A stretch of 64,000 bases of DNA from an uncultured Gemmatimonadales bacterium (GTDB taxonomy: Bacteria; Gemmatimonadota; Gemmatimonadetes; Gemmatimonadales; GWC2-71-9). The number at the start of each line of letters is the position of its first letter. The stretch's first letter is position 1. The position numbers and the translations under genes were made by a program. The stretch covers positions 533,087 to 597,086 of the forward strand of contig CAWIYG010000002.1 in assembly GCA_963840215.1 (NCBI GenBank). Reading direction: 5' to 3'. This document shows positions 26,188 through 35,167 of this stretch, piece by piece. Below the pieces are notes generated by a model. That model had not been told where the DNA came from and did not search any database. It worked only from the letters and a program-made list of their open reading frames with translations.

Positions 26188-28840
26188 CGGGCGACCGCGC
26201 CGCGCCGGTCCCGCGCACCACCCCTTCGACTCGCCGTCCGGCGTCCAGCGAGGCCTGCGCCACCCGCAGCACGTCGCCCGCGGTAACGGCGCGAAACGCA
26301 GCGGCCGGATCGGTGAGGTCGCCGAGCCCGGCACCCGCCACCCACGCCTCCAGAATCTCGTTGGCCACCGCGCTTCCGGACTGCCGGCTCACCTCCGCCT
26401 GCCCGGCGAGGTAATTCACCGCCTGGCGCAGCTCGCCCTCGCTCACCGGCTCCCGGGTGAACCGGTCCAGCTCGCGCAGCATCTCCTCGCGCGCCTCGTC
26501 CTCGCGCTCGGGCGAGGTGGCGATGTAGGTCACGACGGCGCCGGCGCGCGCCTTGAGCCACGCCGACGCCACGACCGTGTAGGCGAGGGACCTTCGGTCC
26601 CGCAGAGCCTCGAACAGCCGGCCGCCGAGGCCGCTCGCCACCGCGGCCCAGACCTGCACCGTCGCGCGGTCCGGGTGCCGGCGCGCAAACCCCGGGAACA
26701 CCATGGCGATGGCGGCCTGCGCCTTCTCCCGCGTCACCACCCGTGCCGGTGTCTCGCCGCCCTCGCCCGCCACCCAGTCCAGCGCCGGGAGCGCGCCGCT
26801 CGGCGCGCGCGGCTCGGCGCCGCCGAACTCGCCCGCCAGGATCGCGGAGGCCTCTTCGGGCTCCACGTCGCCCACGGCGATGATCACCGGACGGACGCCA
26901 CGCAGTGCGCGCGCGTGCCAGGCGCGGGTGTCGGCGGCCGTGATCGCGGGCAGCGTGTGCGGCAGCCCCGCGACCGGAAGCCCGTACCCTTCGTCACCGA
27001 ATGCCGCCGCGAAGGCGAGCTGGAACGGATACCGGAACATGTCGTCCGCCACCTGCTGCGCCTCGGCCAGCATCAGGCCGCACTCGCGGGCCACATCGCC
27101 CTCCTCGAGCCTCGGCGACGTGTGCAACAGGTCGAGCAGCGCGGCGGCGGGAGCCAGGTGCTCGGTCAGGACCGTGGTGCCGAATCCGAGCCAGTCGGAC
27201 GCGGCGATCGGGCTCAGCGTGCCACCCAGGCGCTCAAACGCGAAGGCCAGCGCCCCGCCGTCGAGGTCGCCCGCGGCGCGTGCCGCGCTCCGGACCGTGA
27301 GCGCGCCGAGACCGGCCTGCGCCGGAGGATCGAGGTCGACCCGCGGGACGTAGATGCCGAGATGCACCAGCGGCACGCCGGCCTTCCGCCGGACCAGCAG
27401 GTCGGCACCGGGGAGACTGGTGTGCACCACCTCGGCCTCGCGCCGCGCGGGCCGGCGGATCGCGGCGGAGCGCGCGCGGGGCGGCCGTCCCGCGGGCCCG
27501 GGGGCGGGCTGCCGCAGCTCGGTGACGGCGAAGGCGCGGCCCAGCCCATCGGCGGTGAGCTCGGTGCCCTCGTCCTCCGGCAGGTAGAGCACGGCGGAGA
27601 CGGTGTCGGGCTGCAGGTAGCGGGTCGCGGCGGCGCGCACGTCCTCGGGCCGGACCGCGGCGAGCGCCTCGAATTCCCGGTCGAGGAAGCCGTACTCGTC
27701 GAGCGCTTCGGCGGCGGCCAGCGCGGCGGCGCGGCCCTCCATGGACTCCAGGCGGCGGGCCCAGCGCGCGCGCAGCAGCGTGCGCGCCCGCTCGAGCTCG
27801 TCGGGCGGCGGCCCGAGCAGCGACAGCCGCGCCACCGATGCGGCGACGGCGTCGAGCGCCGCGGGCACCCGCTCGGGCGCGAGCTCGGCCGCGATTCCGA
27901 ACAGGCCCAGCTCGGTCGGCGCGTAGTAGTTCGCGGCGATCCAGGTGACCAGTCCCGGCTCGCGGAGGCCACGATAGAGCCAGCTCCCGCGGCCCGCGCC
28001 CAGCACAGCCGCCGCCAGGTCCAGCGCCGGGGCGTCCGGCGACAGCGGCGGGGCGGCGCGCCACCCGAGCGACAGCTCCGCCTGGCTCACGTCGCCGCGG
28101 AGCGTGCGCGCCCGCACCTCGCGGCGCTCCGGCTCCTCGGGGGACCGATCCACCGCGCCGCTGGCGGCCGGCCAGTCGCCGTAGGTCTCGCGCGCGAGCG
28201 CCAGCGCCTGCTCGGGCTCGACCGCGCCCACGATGGACACGATGATGCGGTCGGGCACGTAGCGCGAGGCGTAATACCCGTGCACGTCGGCGCGGGTGAA
28301 GCCGGCGAGCTGGGCCTCGTGGCCGATGCGCCACCGTCGGATCCGGTGGTGGTCGAACATGACCTCGTGCAGGGTCTCGTACGCCACGGACGACGGCGAG
28401 TCGAGCTTGCGCTTGGCTTCCTGGATGATGACCTGGAGCTCGCGCGCCAGCTCGCCGTCGTCGATGGCGGAGTGGCGGAGCGCGTCGGCCTGGATGTCGA
28501 GCGCTTCGGCGAGATTGGAGGCGGGAAGGACGGTGAAGTAGGAGGTGTGGTCGTACGTCGTGCTGGCGTTGAGGTAGCCGCCCGCGCTCTTGGTCTCGCG
28601 CGCGATCGCGCCGACGCCGCGGCGCGCCGTGCCCTTGAAGAACATGTGCTCGAGCACGTGGGAGATGCCGGCCCAGTGGTCGGGCTCGTCGAAGAACCCG
28701 GCTTTCACGTGCGTCACGACCGCCACCACCGGCGCGGAGCGGTCTTCCTGCACCAGCAGCGTGAGTCCGTTGGGCAGGACCTCCCGGCGGACGCCGGCCG
28801 TCCAGCGGGCCGGCGACCGCTCCGGACTACGCGCCGTCAT
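26144..28840 (-). CDS. M16 (pitrilysin/insulinase) family zinc peptidase, double-length fused form
   Basis: 898-aa intact ORF with the HxxEH motif in GISHVLEHMFFKGT. The second half repeats the M16 fold without the motif. Confidence 0.85.
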   Translation of the reverse strand: MTARSPERSPARWTAGVRREVLPNGLTLLVQEDRSAPVVAVVTHVKAGFFDEPDHWAGISHVLEHMFFKGTARRGVGAIARETKSAGGYLNASTTYDHTSYFTVLPASNLAEALDIQADALRHSAIDDGELARELQVIIQEAKRKLDSPSSVAYETLHEVMFDHHRIRRWRIGHEAQLAGFTRADVHGYYASRYVPDRIIVSIVGAVEPEQALALARETYGDWPAASGAVDRSPEEPERREVRARTLRGDVSQAELSLGWRAAPPLSPDAPALDLAAAVLGAGRGSWLYRGLREPGLVTWIAANYYAPTELGLFGIAAELAPERVPAALDAVAASVARLSLLGPPPDELERARTLLRARWARRLESMEGRAAALAAAEALDEYGFLDREFEALAAVRPEDVRAAATRYLQPDTVSAVLYLPEDEGTELTADGLGRAFAVTELRQPAPGPAGRPPRARSAAIRRPARREAEVVHTSLPGADLLVRRKAGVPLVHLGIYVPRVDLDPPAQAGLGALTVRSAARAAGDLDGGALAFAFERLGGTLSPIAASDWLGFGTTVLTEHLAPAAALLDLLHTSPRLEEGDVARECGLMLAEAQQVADDMFRYPFQLAFAAAFGDEGYGLPVAGLPHTLPAITAADTRAWHARALRGVRPVIIAVGDVEPEEASAILAGEFGGAEPRAPSGALPALDWVAGEGGETPARVVTREKAQAAIAMVFPGFARRHPDRATVQVWAAVASGLGGRLFEALRDRRSLAYTVVASAWLKARAGAVVTYIATSPEREDEAREEMLRELDRFTREPVSEGELRQAVNYLAGQAEVSRQSGSAVANEILEAWVAGAGLGDLTDPAAAFRAVTAGDVLRVAQASLDAGRRVEGVVRGTGAARSPVTGLAAPRLSRAPG

Positions 28841-28845
28841 CCCCG

Positions 28846-29964
28846 CTACTGCACGATCCGCAGCACGCCGGCCTCGGCGCTGCCGCGAATGAAGGCCTCC
28901 GCATCCGTGGTGGGGATGACGACGCCGGTTTCGGCCTGCCCCCGCCGCGCTAAGCTGGCCATGAAGTCGGTCAGCGAGCCGGTGGACCAGTCGCGATCGG
29001 CCGCCTTCATTTGGATCAGGATCTCCTCCCAGCTGCCCCGAATGGCCTGGCCCGCCAGGGTGACGACCAGGTGCGCGTCGGACTGCCCCGGCTTCTTCTG
29101 CATCGCGTGCAGCTCGCTCAGCAGCGTGCCGAACAGCTCCAGCTGGTGCGGATCCCGGACGCCGCCGTCGGCCTGCTGGGCCTCGACTTCGGCGAGCAGC
29201 ATGTCGATCGCATCAGGCTCGCCGGCGACCTCTCCCAACCGGGTGAGCCAGGGGCCGAGCTCGGGATCCTCGTCCGGCAGCCGGTAGACGGTCTTCTTGA
29301 GCTCGATGTGCCGCCAGATGCCGAGCTCGTCGAAGTGATCCTCGGGCTGGGTGCGCTCGAGCTGGTGCAGTGCAGCCTCGGTCTCGCCGCGATCGTAGAG
29401 CAGGTTGGCGAGATAGATCCGCGCCTCGCTGTAGGAGGCGTCGAGCTCCAGCGCCCGGCGGAGCCAGTAGAGCGAGCCCGCGTCGTTGCCCAGCCGGTGC
29501 GAGGCGTAGCCCAGGCAGGCCGCGGCGTCGGGCGAGTCGGGGTGCGCGGAGGCGGCCAGATCGAAGAACCGGTGCGCCGGCGGGATGTGACCCTCGCGGA
29601 ACAGGGCGCGGCCCACCTGCAGCATCAGCTCATGGTCGTCCTGGAAGCCGAGCTGCAGGATGCGCTCGAAGACGCGCATGGCTCCGGGGCGATCCCCCAG
29701 CTTGAGCAGCGTCTCGCCGAGGCCGGCCAGGCCGTCCTCGTGGTCGGGATCCAGGCCCAACGCCTGCTCGAAGCTCCTTCGCCCCCAGGCGTATTCCTCC
29801 CGGGCCAGATGGGCGTAGGCCATCCCGATGTGGAGCTCGACGGCATGTGGGTAGAGGGTGATGCCTTCCTTGAGGATCAGCAGCGCTTCATCGTACCGGC
29901 CTTCGTTGTAGAGTTGATGGGCTTGTTCGTCGAAGTCGTCGGAGCTGAGAAAGGCATCCGACAT
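28846..29964 (-). CDS. TPR-repeat protein
   Basis: ORF 28846..30021. The likely start is ATG 29964 (MSDAFLSSDDF) with GGAGGA upstream. Repeated TPR-like units (EALLILKEGITLYPHAVELHIGMAYAHL..., FEQALGLDPDHEDGLAGLGETLLKLG...). Confidence 0.75.
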   Translation of the reverse strand: MSDAFLSSDDFDEQAHQLYNEGRYDEALLILKEGITLYPHAVELHIGMAYAHLAREEYAWGRRSFEQALGLDPDHEDGLAGLGETLLKLGDRPGAMRVFERILQLGFQDDHELMLQVGRALFREGHIPPAHRFFDLAASAHPDSPDAAACLGYASHRLGNDAGSLYWLRRALELDASYSEARIYLANLLYDRGETEAALHQLERTQPEDHFDELGIWRHIELKKTVYRLPDEDPELGPWLTRLGEVAGEPDAIDMLLAEVEAQQADGGVRDPHQLELFGTLLSELHAMQKKPGQSDAHLVVTLAGQAIRGSWEEILIQMKAADRDWSTGSLTDFMASLARRGQAETGVVIPTTDAEAFIRGSAEAGVLRIVQ

Positions 29965-30081
29965 CGCCGGTCCTCCGCGGGTAGGTTGCTGCAAACTAGG
30001 GACTTCCGCGAAGACGAGCAAGAGAAGCGGGAGATCGGGCCCGGGGCGGCTGGGCTGGACGGTGGCGGCGGCCCGGTCATA

Positions 30082-30099
30082 TTACTGACCAGTCAGTTA
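30082..30099. promoter_or_regulatory. candidate TetR operator (palindrome TTACTGAC-CA-GTCAGTTA)
   Basis: Core ACTGAC-CA-GTCAGT is perfect (7 of 8 when extended). It sits in an AT-richer patch 23 nt upstream of the TetR ATG. TTACTG recurs at 30101-30106. Confidence 0.5.
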
Positions 30100-30121
30100 T
30101 TTACTGGAGCCAGGAGCGCTG

Positions 30122-30781
30122 ATGCCCGCCGACGATTCGATCCTCGCCTCCCCGCCCCGCTGGCAGCGGCGGCCGGAAGCGCGCCCGGACGAGATCCTCG
30201 ACGCCGCCCTCGTCGTATTCGGCGAGTCCGGCTTCGCCCGCGCCAAGATCGACGACGTCGCCCGCGTGGCAGGCGTGAGCAAGGGCACCGTCTACCTCTA
30301 CTACGACTCCAAGGAAGCGCTGTTCCGTGAGATGGTCCGCGCGAAGATCGTGGCCTGTCTCGCCGAAGGCGAGGCGCTCGTCCGCACGCACGAGGGCTCG
30401 GCGCGCGCCCTCCTCATCGAGCTGGTCCGGCGCATGTACGTCCGGATGCGCGAGGAGCGCATGACCCGCATTGCCCGCGTCGTGCAGGCCGAGCTGATGC
30501 AGTTCCCCGAGTTGGCCCGGTTCTACTTCGACGAGGTGATCCTGCGCGCCCGCCGGCTGATCGAGCAGGTGCTCGAGCGCGGAGTGGTCACCGGCGAGTT
30601 CCGCTCCACCTCGCATGCGTTTGCCGCCCGCGGCCTGACGTCGCTCCTCGTCCATACCGCCCATGCACAGTGCTTCTACCCCCGGTTCGATCCCCAAGGA
30701 CTGGGCGACGCGCAGGCGCTTGAAGGGCTCCTGGACCTCTATCTCCACGGCGTGCTCTCGCGCCCCGTGGAAGTGGTCTGA
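30122..30781 (+). CDS. TetR/AcrR family transcriptional regulator
   Basis: HTH region ILDAALVVFGESGFARAKIDDVARVAGVSKGTVYLYYDSKEALF. Confidence 0.9.
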   Translation: MPADDSILASPPRWQRRPEARPDEILDAALVVFGESGFARAKIDDVARVAGVSKGTVYLYYDSKEALFREMVRAKIVACLAEGEALVRTHEGSARALLIELVRRMYVRMREERMTRIARVVQAELMQFPELARFYFDEVILRARRLIEQVLERGVVTGEFRSTSHAFAARGLTSLLVHTAHAQCFYPRFDPQGLGDAQALEGLLDLYLHGVLSRPVEVV

Positions 30782-30790
30782 GGCCGCGCC

Positions 30791-30940
30791 ATGCGAACCG
30801 TCCGCCCCTTGCTCGTCCTCACGCTCCTGATCGCGGGACGCGCCGGCGCCCAGCAGCCCGTGGTACCCGCAGGCCCGCTCACGCTCCTCCAGGCCATCGC
30901 GCTGGGCCAGGGCCAGGGAGTCGACGCCGCCATCGCGCGG
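30791..30940 (+). pseudogene. N-terminal remnant (about 50 codons) of an outer-membrane efflux (TolC-like) protein
   Basis: MRTVRPLLVLTLLIAGRAGAQQPVVPAGPLTLLQAIALGQGQGVDAAIAR: a signal peptide plus the typical LT-L-x-AI-x-LA opening. The sensible sequence then stops. Confidence 0.6.
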
Positions 30941-31797
30941 AGATCATCGCCGAAGCGATCGCGGCCGCCGTGGGGTTGGTGGCGTTCGTGTGGCACGAGC
31001 TCCGCACCAGCAACCCGATCGTCGACCTGCGCATCCTCCGCAATCGGCAGCTCGCCGTCGGTGTGGTCTTCGCGGTGGTCCTGGGCTTCGCTCTCTACGC
31101 CAGCGTGTTCGCGCTCCCCGTGTTCCTGCAGAACCTGCTCGGCTACTCCGCGTGGGACACCGGGCGGGTGATTCTTCCAGGCGCCCTCGCGAGCGCGCTC
31201 ACCATGGCCGCCATGGGCCGACTGAGCCCGCGGGTGGACGCGCGCGTCCTGATCACCATCGGGGTCCTGCTCTTTCTCTGGTCGATGGGTCTGCACTCGC
31301 GGCTGACCACGGAGATCGGCACGCAGGATCTCCTCTGGCCCATGATCCTGCGCGGCGTCGGCCTCGGCTTCATCTTCGTGCCGCTCACCGGCGCCGCGGT
31401 CGCCGACTTGCGGCCGACGCAGCTCGCCCAGGGGACGGGCCTCTTCAACCTCTCCCGCCAGCTCGGCGGCAGTCTCGGGATCGCCCTCACCGCCACGCTG
31501 CTGACGCGGTTCACCGAGCAGAGCCGCGAGGCCCTGCTGCCGCACCTCTCGGCGGCGAGCCCGGCGGCGACCTCGTGGCTGGAGCGCACGACCGCCTACC
31601 TGCTCGGCTCCGCCGGCTCGCTGCCGGCCGCGCGCCAGCAGGCGCACGCGCTGCTCGAGGCCACGCTCCGGCAACAGGCCTCGATGGTCGCCTTCGAGAA
31701 GGTGTTTCTGGTCATGGGTGTCACCTTCGCGGCGGCGCTCCCCCTCCTGCTGCTGTTTCGGACGGGCCGCGTCCGGGGAAAGACCGCCGCGCACTAG
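30941..31797 (+). pseudogene. C-terminal half of a DHA2-family MFS efflux pump (EmrB-like), lacking its first ~200 codons
   Basis: EIIAEAIAAAVGLVAFVWHELRTSNPIVDLRILRNRQLAVG... matches by eye E. coli EmrB around residues 205-245 (..IVWELTDDNPIVDLSLFKSRNF..) and continues to the C-terminus. It is in a different frame from the OMP remnant. Confidence 0.65.
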
Positions 31798-31865
31798 CCC
31801 CGTGGCGGTCGGGCGGACTTTCGGGTACGCCCTTTCCATTTCCGGTTCCGGCGTATGTTTCCTCC

Positions 31866-33320
31866 GTGACCTTCCAGCGCAAACTGCTCTTCGGCTTCTC
31901 CCTCATGGTCCTCCCCGCCCTGCTGGTCGGCGCGGAGGCCATTCGGAGCAATGCCCTCGAGCGTCGTGCCCTCACGGCGCTCGGCGAGAGCATGGCGCGC
32001 ACCCGCACGTACGCCGAGCTCGAGACGGCCATGTTCGACCAGACCGAGCTCATCTGGCGCGACCTGAGCGGTCTGGATCCGACCGCCCGGCAGGAGTTCC
32101 AGCTGACGGGGCAGGTGGTGAACTACTGGCAGGACCGCTGGCGCGCCGAGCTCAAGCCCGCGGAGAGCACCCTGGCCGACGGCGTCCTGGGCATCCAGCG
32201 CCAGATCGTCGCCGTCGCCGACACCATCTTCCGGCTGGAAGACGCCGGCCGCCGCGAGGACGCCTACCGGATCGCGCAGCGCGAGCTGCGGGGCCGTCTC
32301 CAGCCCGCCCTCACGCAGATGAATCGGGAGATCTACCGCCGGGCCCGGGAGTCGAGCGTGCGGGGCGCGTTCGGCCGGCTGGAGGAGATTCTCGCCGACG
32401 AGGGCCGGACGCTGCTGGCCATCATCGGGCTCGCGCTGGCGGCGGGGCTGCTGGCGAGCTGGGTCATCTCCCGGAGCCTGTCCCGACCGATCCGACAGCT
32501 CACCGAGGCCATGGCCGTCGTCGGCGGCGGCGATCTCGACCACCCGATCCAGGCCACCTCGCGCGACGAGATCGGCGACCTCGCCCGCGCGCTCGCCGCG
32601 ATGACCGCGCAGCTTCGGACCTCCCGCGAGCAGCTGGTGCAGGCGGGCAAGCTCGCCTCGATCGGCGAGATGTCGGCGGCGGTGGCGCACGGGCTCCGGA
32701 ATCCGCTCGCGAGCCTCCGGGCGGCCGCCCAGCTCGTGCGTCGGCACCCCACCTCCCCCACCGCCGCCGAGCACCTCGACGCGATCATCGAGGAGGTCGA
32801 TCGCCTCGATCGCCGCATCAGCCACCTGCTCAGCTTCAGCCGCCCAGCGCCATTCCACCCCGTCTCGGAGAGCCTGCCGCGGATCCTGGACGAGCTGCTG
32901 CCCGCGGTCGCCACGCCGATGCGGGAGCAGCGCGTCGATCTCGAAATGGCGGTACCGGCCGGCCTGCCGTCGGTCCGGGTCGATCCGGTGCAGCTCGAGC
33001 AGGCCATCCTGGAGATCGTCTCGAACGCCCTCGACGCGATGCCTGCCGGCGGGCGGCTTCGGATCGGGGCGTTCGTCGCCAACGGCGACGGCCCGTCGAT
33101 GGTCGTGCTCGAGGTCAGCGACACCGGCGGCGGCATCCCCGCGCAGGTCCTGCCCTCCGTCTGCGAGCCGTTCTTCACGACCCGGCAGGAAGGCACCGGG
33201 CTCGGCCTCGCCATCGCCAAGCGCTACATCGAGCAGAACGGCGGCCTGCTGGAGATCGCCAGCCGCCCGGGCGAGGGCACGACCGTGCGCCTCCGCCTCC
33301 CCACCGAGCGGGCGACATGA
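31866..33320 (+). CDS. sensor histidine kinase (periplasmic/helical sensor, HAMP, HisKA, HATPase_c)
   Basis: GTG 31866. TM-flanked sensor, HAMP (SRPIRQLTEAMAVVGGGDLDHPIQATSRDEIGDLARALAAM), H-box SAAVAHGLRNPLASL, G-boxes DTGGGIP and GTGLGLAIAK. Confidence 0.9.
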   Translation: MTFQRKLLFGFSLMVLPALLVGAEAIRSNALERRALTALGESMARTRTYAELETAMFDQTELIWRDLSGLDPTARQEFQLTGQVVNYWQDRWRAELKPAESTLADGVLGIQRQIVAVADTIFRLEDAGRREDAYRIAQRELRGRLQPALTQMNREIYRRARESSVRGAFGRLEEILADEGRTLLAIIGLALAAGLLASWVISRSLSRPIRQLTEAMAVVGGGDLDHPIQATSRDEIGDLARALAAMTAQLRTSREQLVQAGKLASIGEMSAAVAHGLRNPLASLRAAAQLVRRHPTSPTAAEHLDAIIEEVDRLDRRISHLLSFSRPAPFHPVSESLPRILDELLPAVATPMREQRVDLEMAVPAGLPSVRVDPVQLEQAILEIVSNALDAMPAGGRLRIGAFVANGDGPSMVVLEVSDTGGGIPAQVLPSVCEPFFTTRQEGTGLGLAIAKRYIEQNGGLLEIASRPGEGTTVRLRLPTERAT

Positions 33321-34753
33321 GCGGATCCACCGTCCTCATCGTCGACGACGAGCGTACGCTCGCCCGCGCCATCAAGGCCTTCCTGGCCGAATCGGGCTAC
33401 GAGGCCGAGGTGGCGGGCGACGCGGAGCAGGCGCTCCGGCTGCTCGAGACCATGCGCCCCGATGTCGTCTTCACCGACGTGCGGCTCCCCGGCATGGACG
33501 GCATCGAGCTGCTCCGGCGGATCCGTGAGTTCGACGCGGCCATTCCCGTGATCATCATGACGGCCCATGGCACCATCGAGGGCGCGGTCGAGGCCGTGAA
33601 GCTCGGCGCGTTCGACTACCTCAAGAAGCCGGTCGACCTCGAGGAGCTGAAGCTCCTCGCCGACCGCGCGCGGGAGCACTCGCAGCTCCGGCAGGAGCTG
33701 TCCTACTACCGCCGCCGGGACGCCGCGCGCGAGACCCCGCTGGCCGGGGTCATCGGCGAGTCCGCCTCCATCCGGGAGGTGCTCGACCAGGCCCGGCAGA
33801 TCGCGGGGCTCGACGAGACGCCGCCGGTGCTCATCATCGGCGAGACCGGCACCGGCAAGGGCCTGGTGGCGCGCACCATCCACGGCTCGAGTCCGCGCGG
33901 CGCCAAGCCGTTCATCGAGGTGAACTGCACGGCGCTCCCCGCTACGCTGATGGAGGCCGAGCTCTTCGGCCACGAGCGCGGGGCGTTCACGGACGCGAAG
34001 GAGTCGCGGATGGGCCTCTTCGAGGCCGCCGACGGCGGGTTCCTGTTCCTCGACGAGGTGGGCGACATCGAGCTCTCGCTCCAGGGCAAGCTGCTCAAGG
34101 CCGTGGAGGAGCGGACCATCCGGCGCGTCGGCGGCACCCGGGACCGCCGGATCGACGTGCGAATCCTGGCCGCCACCAACCGCGACCTCGAGCGCGACGC
34201 CCAGCGCGAGACCTTTCGTCGCGACCTCTACTTTCGGCTGGCGGTCATCATCCTGCACCTGCCGCCGCTGCGCGAGCGAGGCCCCGACATCCTGCTGCTG
34301 GCGCAACACTACCTCGAGCGGTTCAACGCCAAGTACGGGAAAGAGGTGCGCCAGATCGACGCCCGCGCCCGGGCTCTGCTCGCGGACTACCCGTGGCCGG
34401 GCAACGTGCGCGAGCTGAGCCACGTCATCGAGCGCGCCGTGCTCTGGAGCCGGGGAACGACGCTCGACGTCGAGCATCTGTCGCTTGGCACGCCGTCGGC
34501 GGAGGCGGGGCAGACGGCATCGCCTCAGTTACTACCGTCGACCAGCCTCGGTGCGAGCTCGGTCCCGACGGCCGTAGCGCCCGGTGCGTACCCCGGATTT
34601 CCTCCGCCCGGCATGCTGCTCGACCAGTGGGAGCGAACGCTCATCGAGCAGGCGCTCCGGGAGTGCGACGGCAACCAGACCCGAGCCGCCCAGCGGCTGG
34701 GGATCAGCCGGGATACCCTGCGGTATCGTCTCAAGAAGCACGGGATCCCATGA
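33317..34753 (+). CDS. sigma-54-dependent Fis-family response regulator (NtrC-like)
   Basis: ATG overlaps the kinase stop (ATGA). Receiver (DVVFTDVRLPGMDG), AAA+ domain with GETGTGKG and the sigma-54 contact motif GAFTDA, C-terminal HTH NQTRAAQRLGISRDTLRYRLKKHGI. Confidence 0.9.
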   Translation: MSGSTVLIVDDERTLARAIKAFLAESGYEAEVAGDAEQALRLLETMRPDVVFTDVRLPGMDGIELLRRIREFDAAIPVIIMTAHGTIEGAVEAVKLGAFDYLKKPVDLEELKLLADRAREHSQLRQELSYYRRRDAARETPLAGVIGESASIREVLDQARQIAGLDETPPVLIIGETGTGKGLVARTIHGSSPRGAKPFIEVNCTALPATLMEAELFGHERGAFTDAKESRMGLFEAADGGFLFLDEVGDIELSLQGKLLKAVEERTIRRVGGTRDRRIDVRILAATNRDLERDAQRETFRRDLYFRLAVIILHLPPLRERGPDILLLAQHYLERFNAKYGKEVRQIDARARALLADYPWPGNVRELSHVIERAVLWSRGTTLDVEHLSLGTPSAEAGQTASPQLLPSTSLGASSVPTAVAPGAYPGFPPPGMLLDQWERTLIEQALRECDGNQTRAAQRLGISRDTLRYRLKKHGIP

Positions 34754-34900
34754 GGCGGCAGGAGGAGGCCGGCATAGGGTGAGATCACCCAATCGGGTCA
34801 AATCCCCCACGTCCGACCCACCTGCCATTCGCCGACCGTTGGCGCCGTAACACACTGTCAACGCTACACCTACATGCTTGTACCCTCACTGCAATCATTG

Positions 34901-34916
34901 CGGCACACGGTCTGCA
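34901..34916 (+). promoter_or_regulatory. candidate sigma-54 (-24/-12) promoter for pqqA
   Basis: cGGCAC-acggtc-TGCAt: GG at 34902-03 and GC at 34914-15, spaced exactly as in TGGCAC-N5-TTGCW. About 95 nt upstream of the pqqA ATG. Confidence 0.5.
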
Positions 34917-35022
34917 TTTGAGCGGGCGTCGTCGGGTCCGCCAACGATCCGACTGGGTGGAAAGACCCAATCGTCCGTCGGGCCCGCATGGCCCCGTTCA
35001 ACAACCCTGGGAGGACCAACAC

Positions 35023-35097
35023 ATGAAGTGGACCAAGCCCGAGGCCGAGGTCGTCGCCGTCACGATGGAAGTCACCGCGTACGTCGCGACCCTGTAA
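35023..35097 (+). CDS. pqqA: PQQ precursor peptide PqqA (24 aa, not in ORF track)
   Basis: GGGAGGA 8 nt upstream. MKWTKPEAEVVAVTMEVTAYVATL has the conserved MKW opening and the E-x3-Y pair (EVTAY). Immediately upstream of pqqB. Confidence 0.85.
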   Translation: MKWTKPEAEVVAVTMEVTAYVATL

Positions 35098-35100
35098 GGC

Positions 35101-35147
35101 GAAAGACTGATCTGAGGGGCTCGCGCAAGCGGGCCCCTCAGTCTTTC
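35101..35147 (+). promoter_or_regulatory. stable stem-loop between pqqA and pqqB
   Basis: GAAAGAC(35101-07)/GTCTTTC(35141-47) plus TGAGGGGC(35113-20)/GCCCCTCA(35133-40): 15 bp with a 5-nt bulge. No U-tract. Confidence 0.55.
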
Positions 35148-35167
35148 CTACCACCCGCCGTTTCCCC

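Noticed and set aside
26144-28840. The M16 peptidase as the missing PqqF/PqqG of the pqq operon.
   Set aside because: It lies 6 kb away on the other strand, in a separate unit with a TPR protein. M16 peptidases are common housekeeping enzymes, and nothing in the sequence links it to PQQ.
31839-31875. Mini-ORF ATGTTTCCTCCGTGA overlapping the histidine kinase GTG start, as a leader peptide.
   Set aside because: It is only four codons, with no RBS and no associated alternative structures seen.
34791-34830. GGGTCAAATCCCC resembling a tRNA T-arm.
   Set aside because: Only a 3-bp stem is possible and there is no cloverleaf context.
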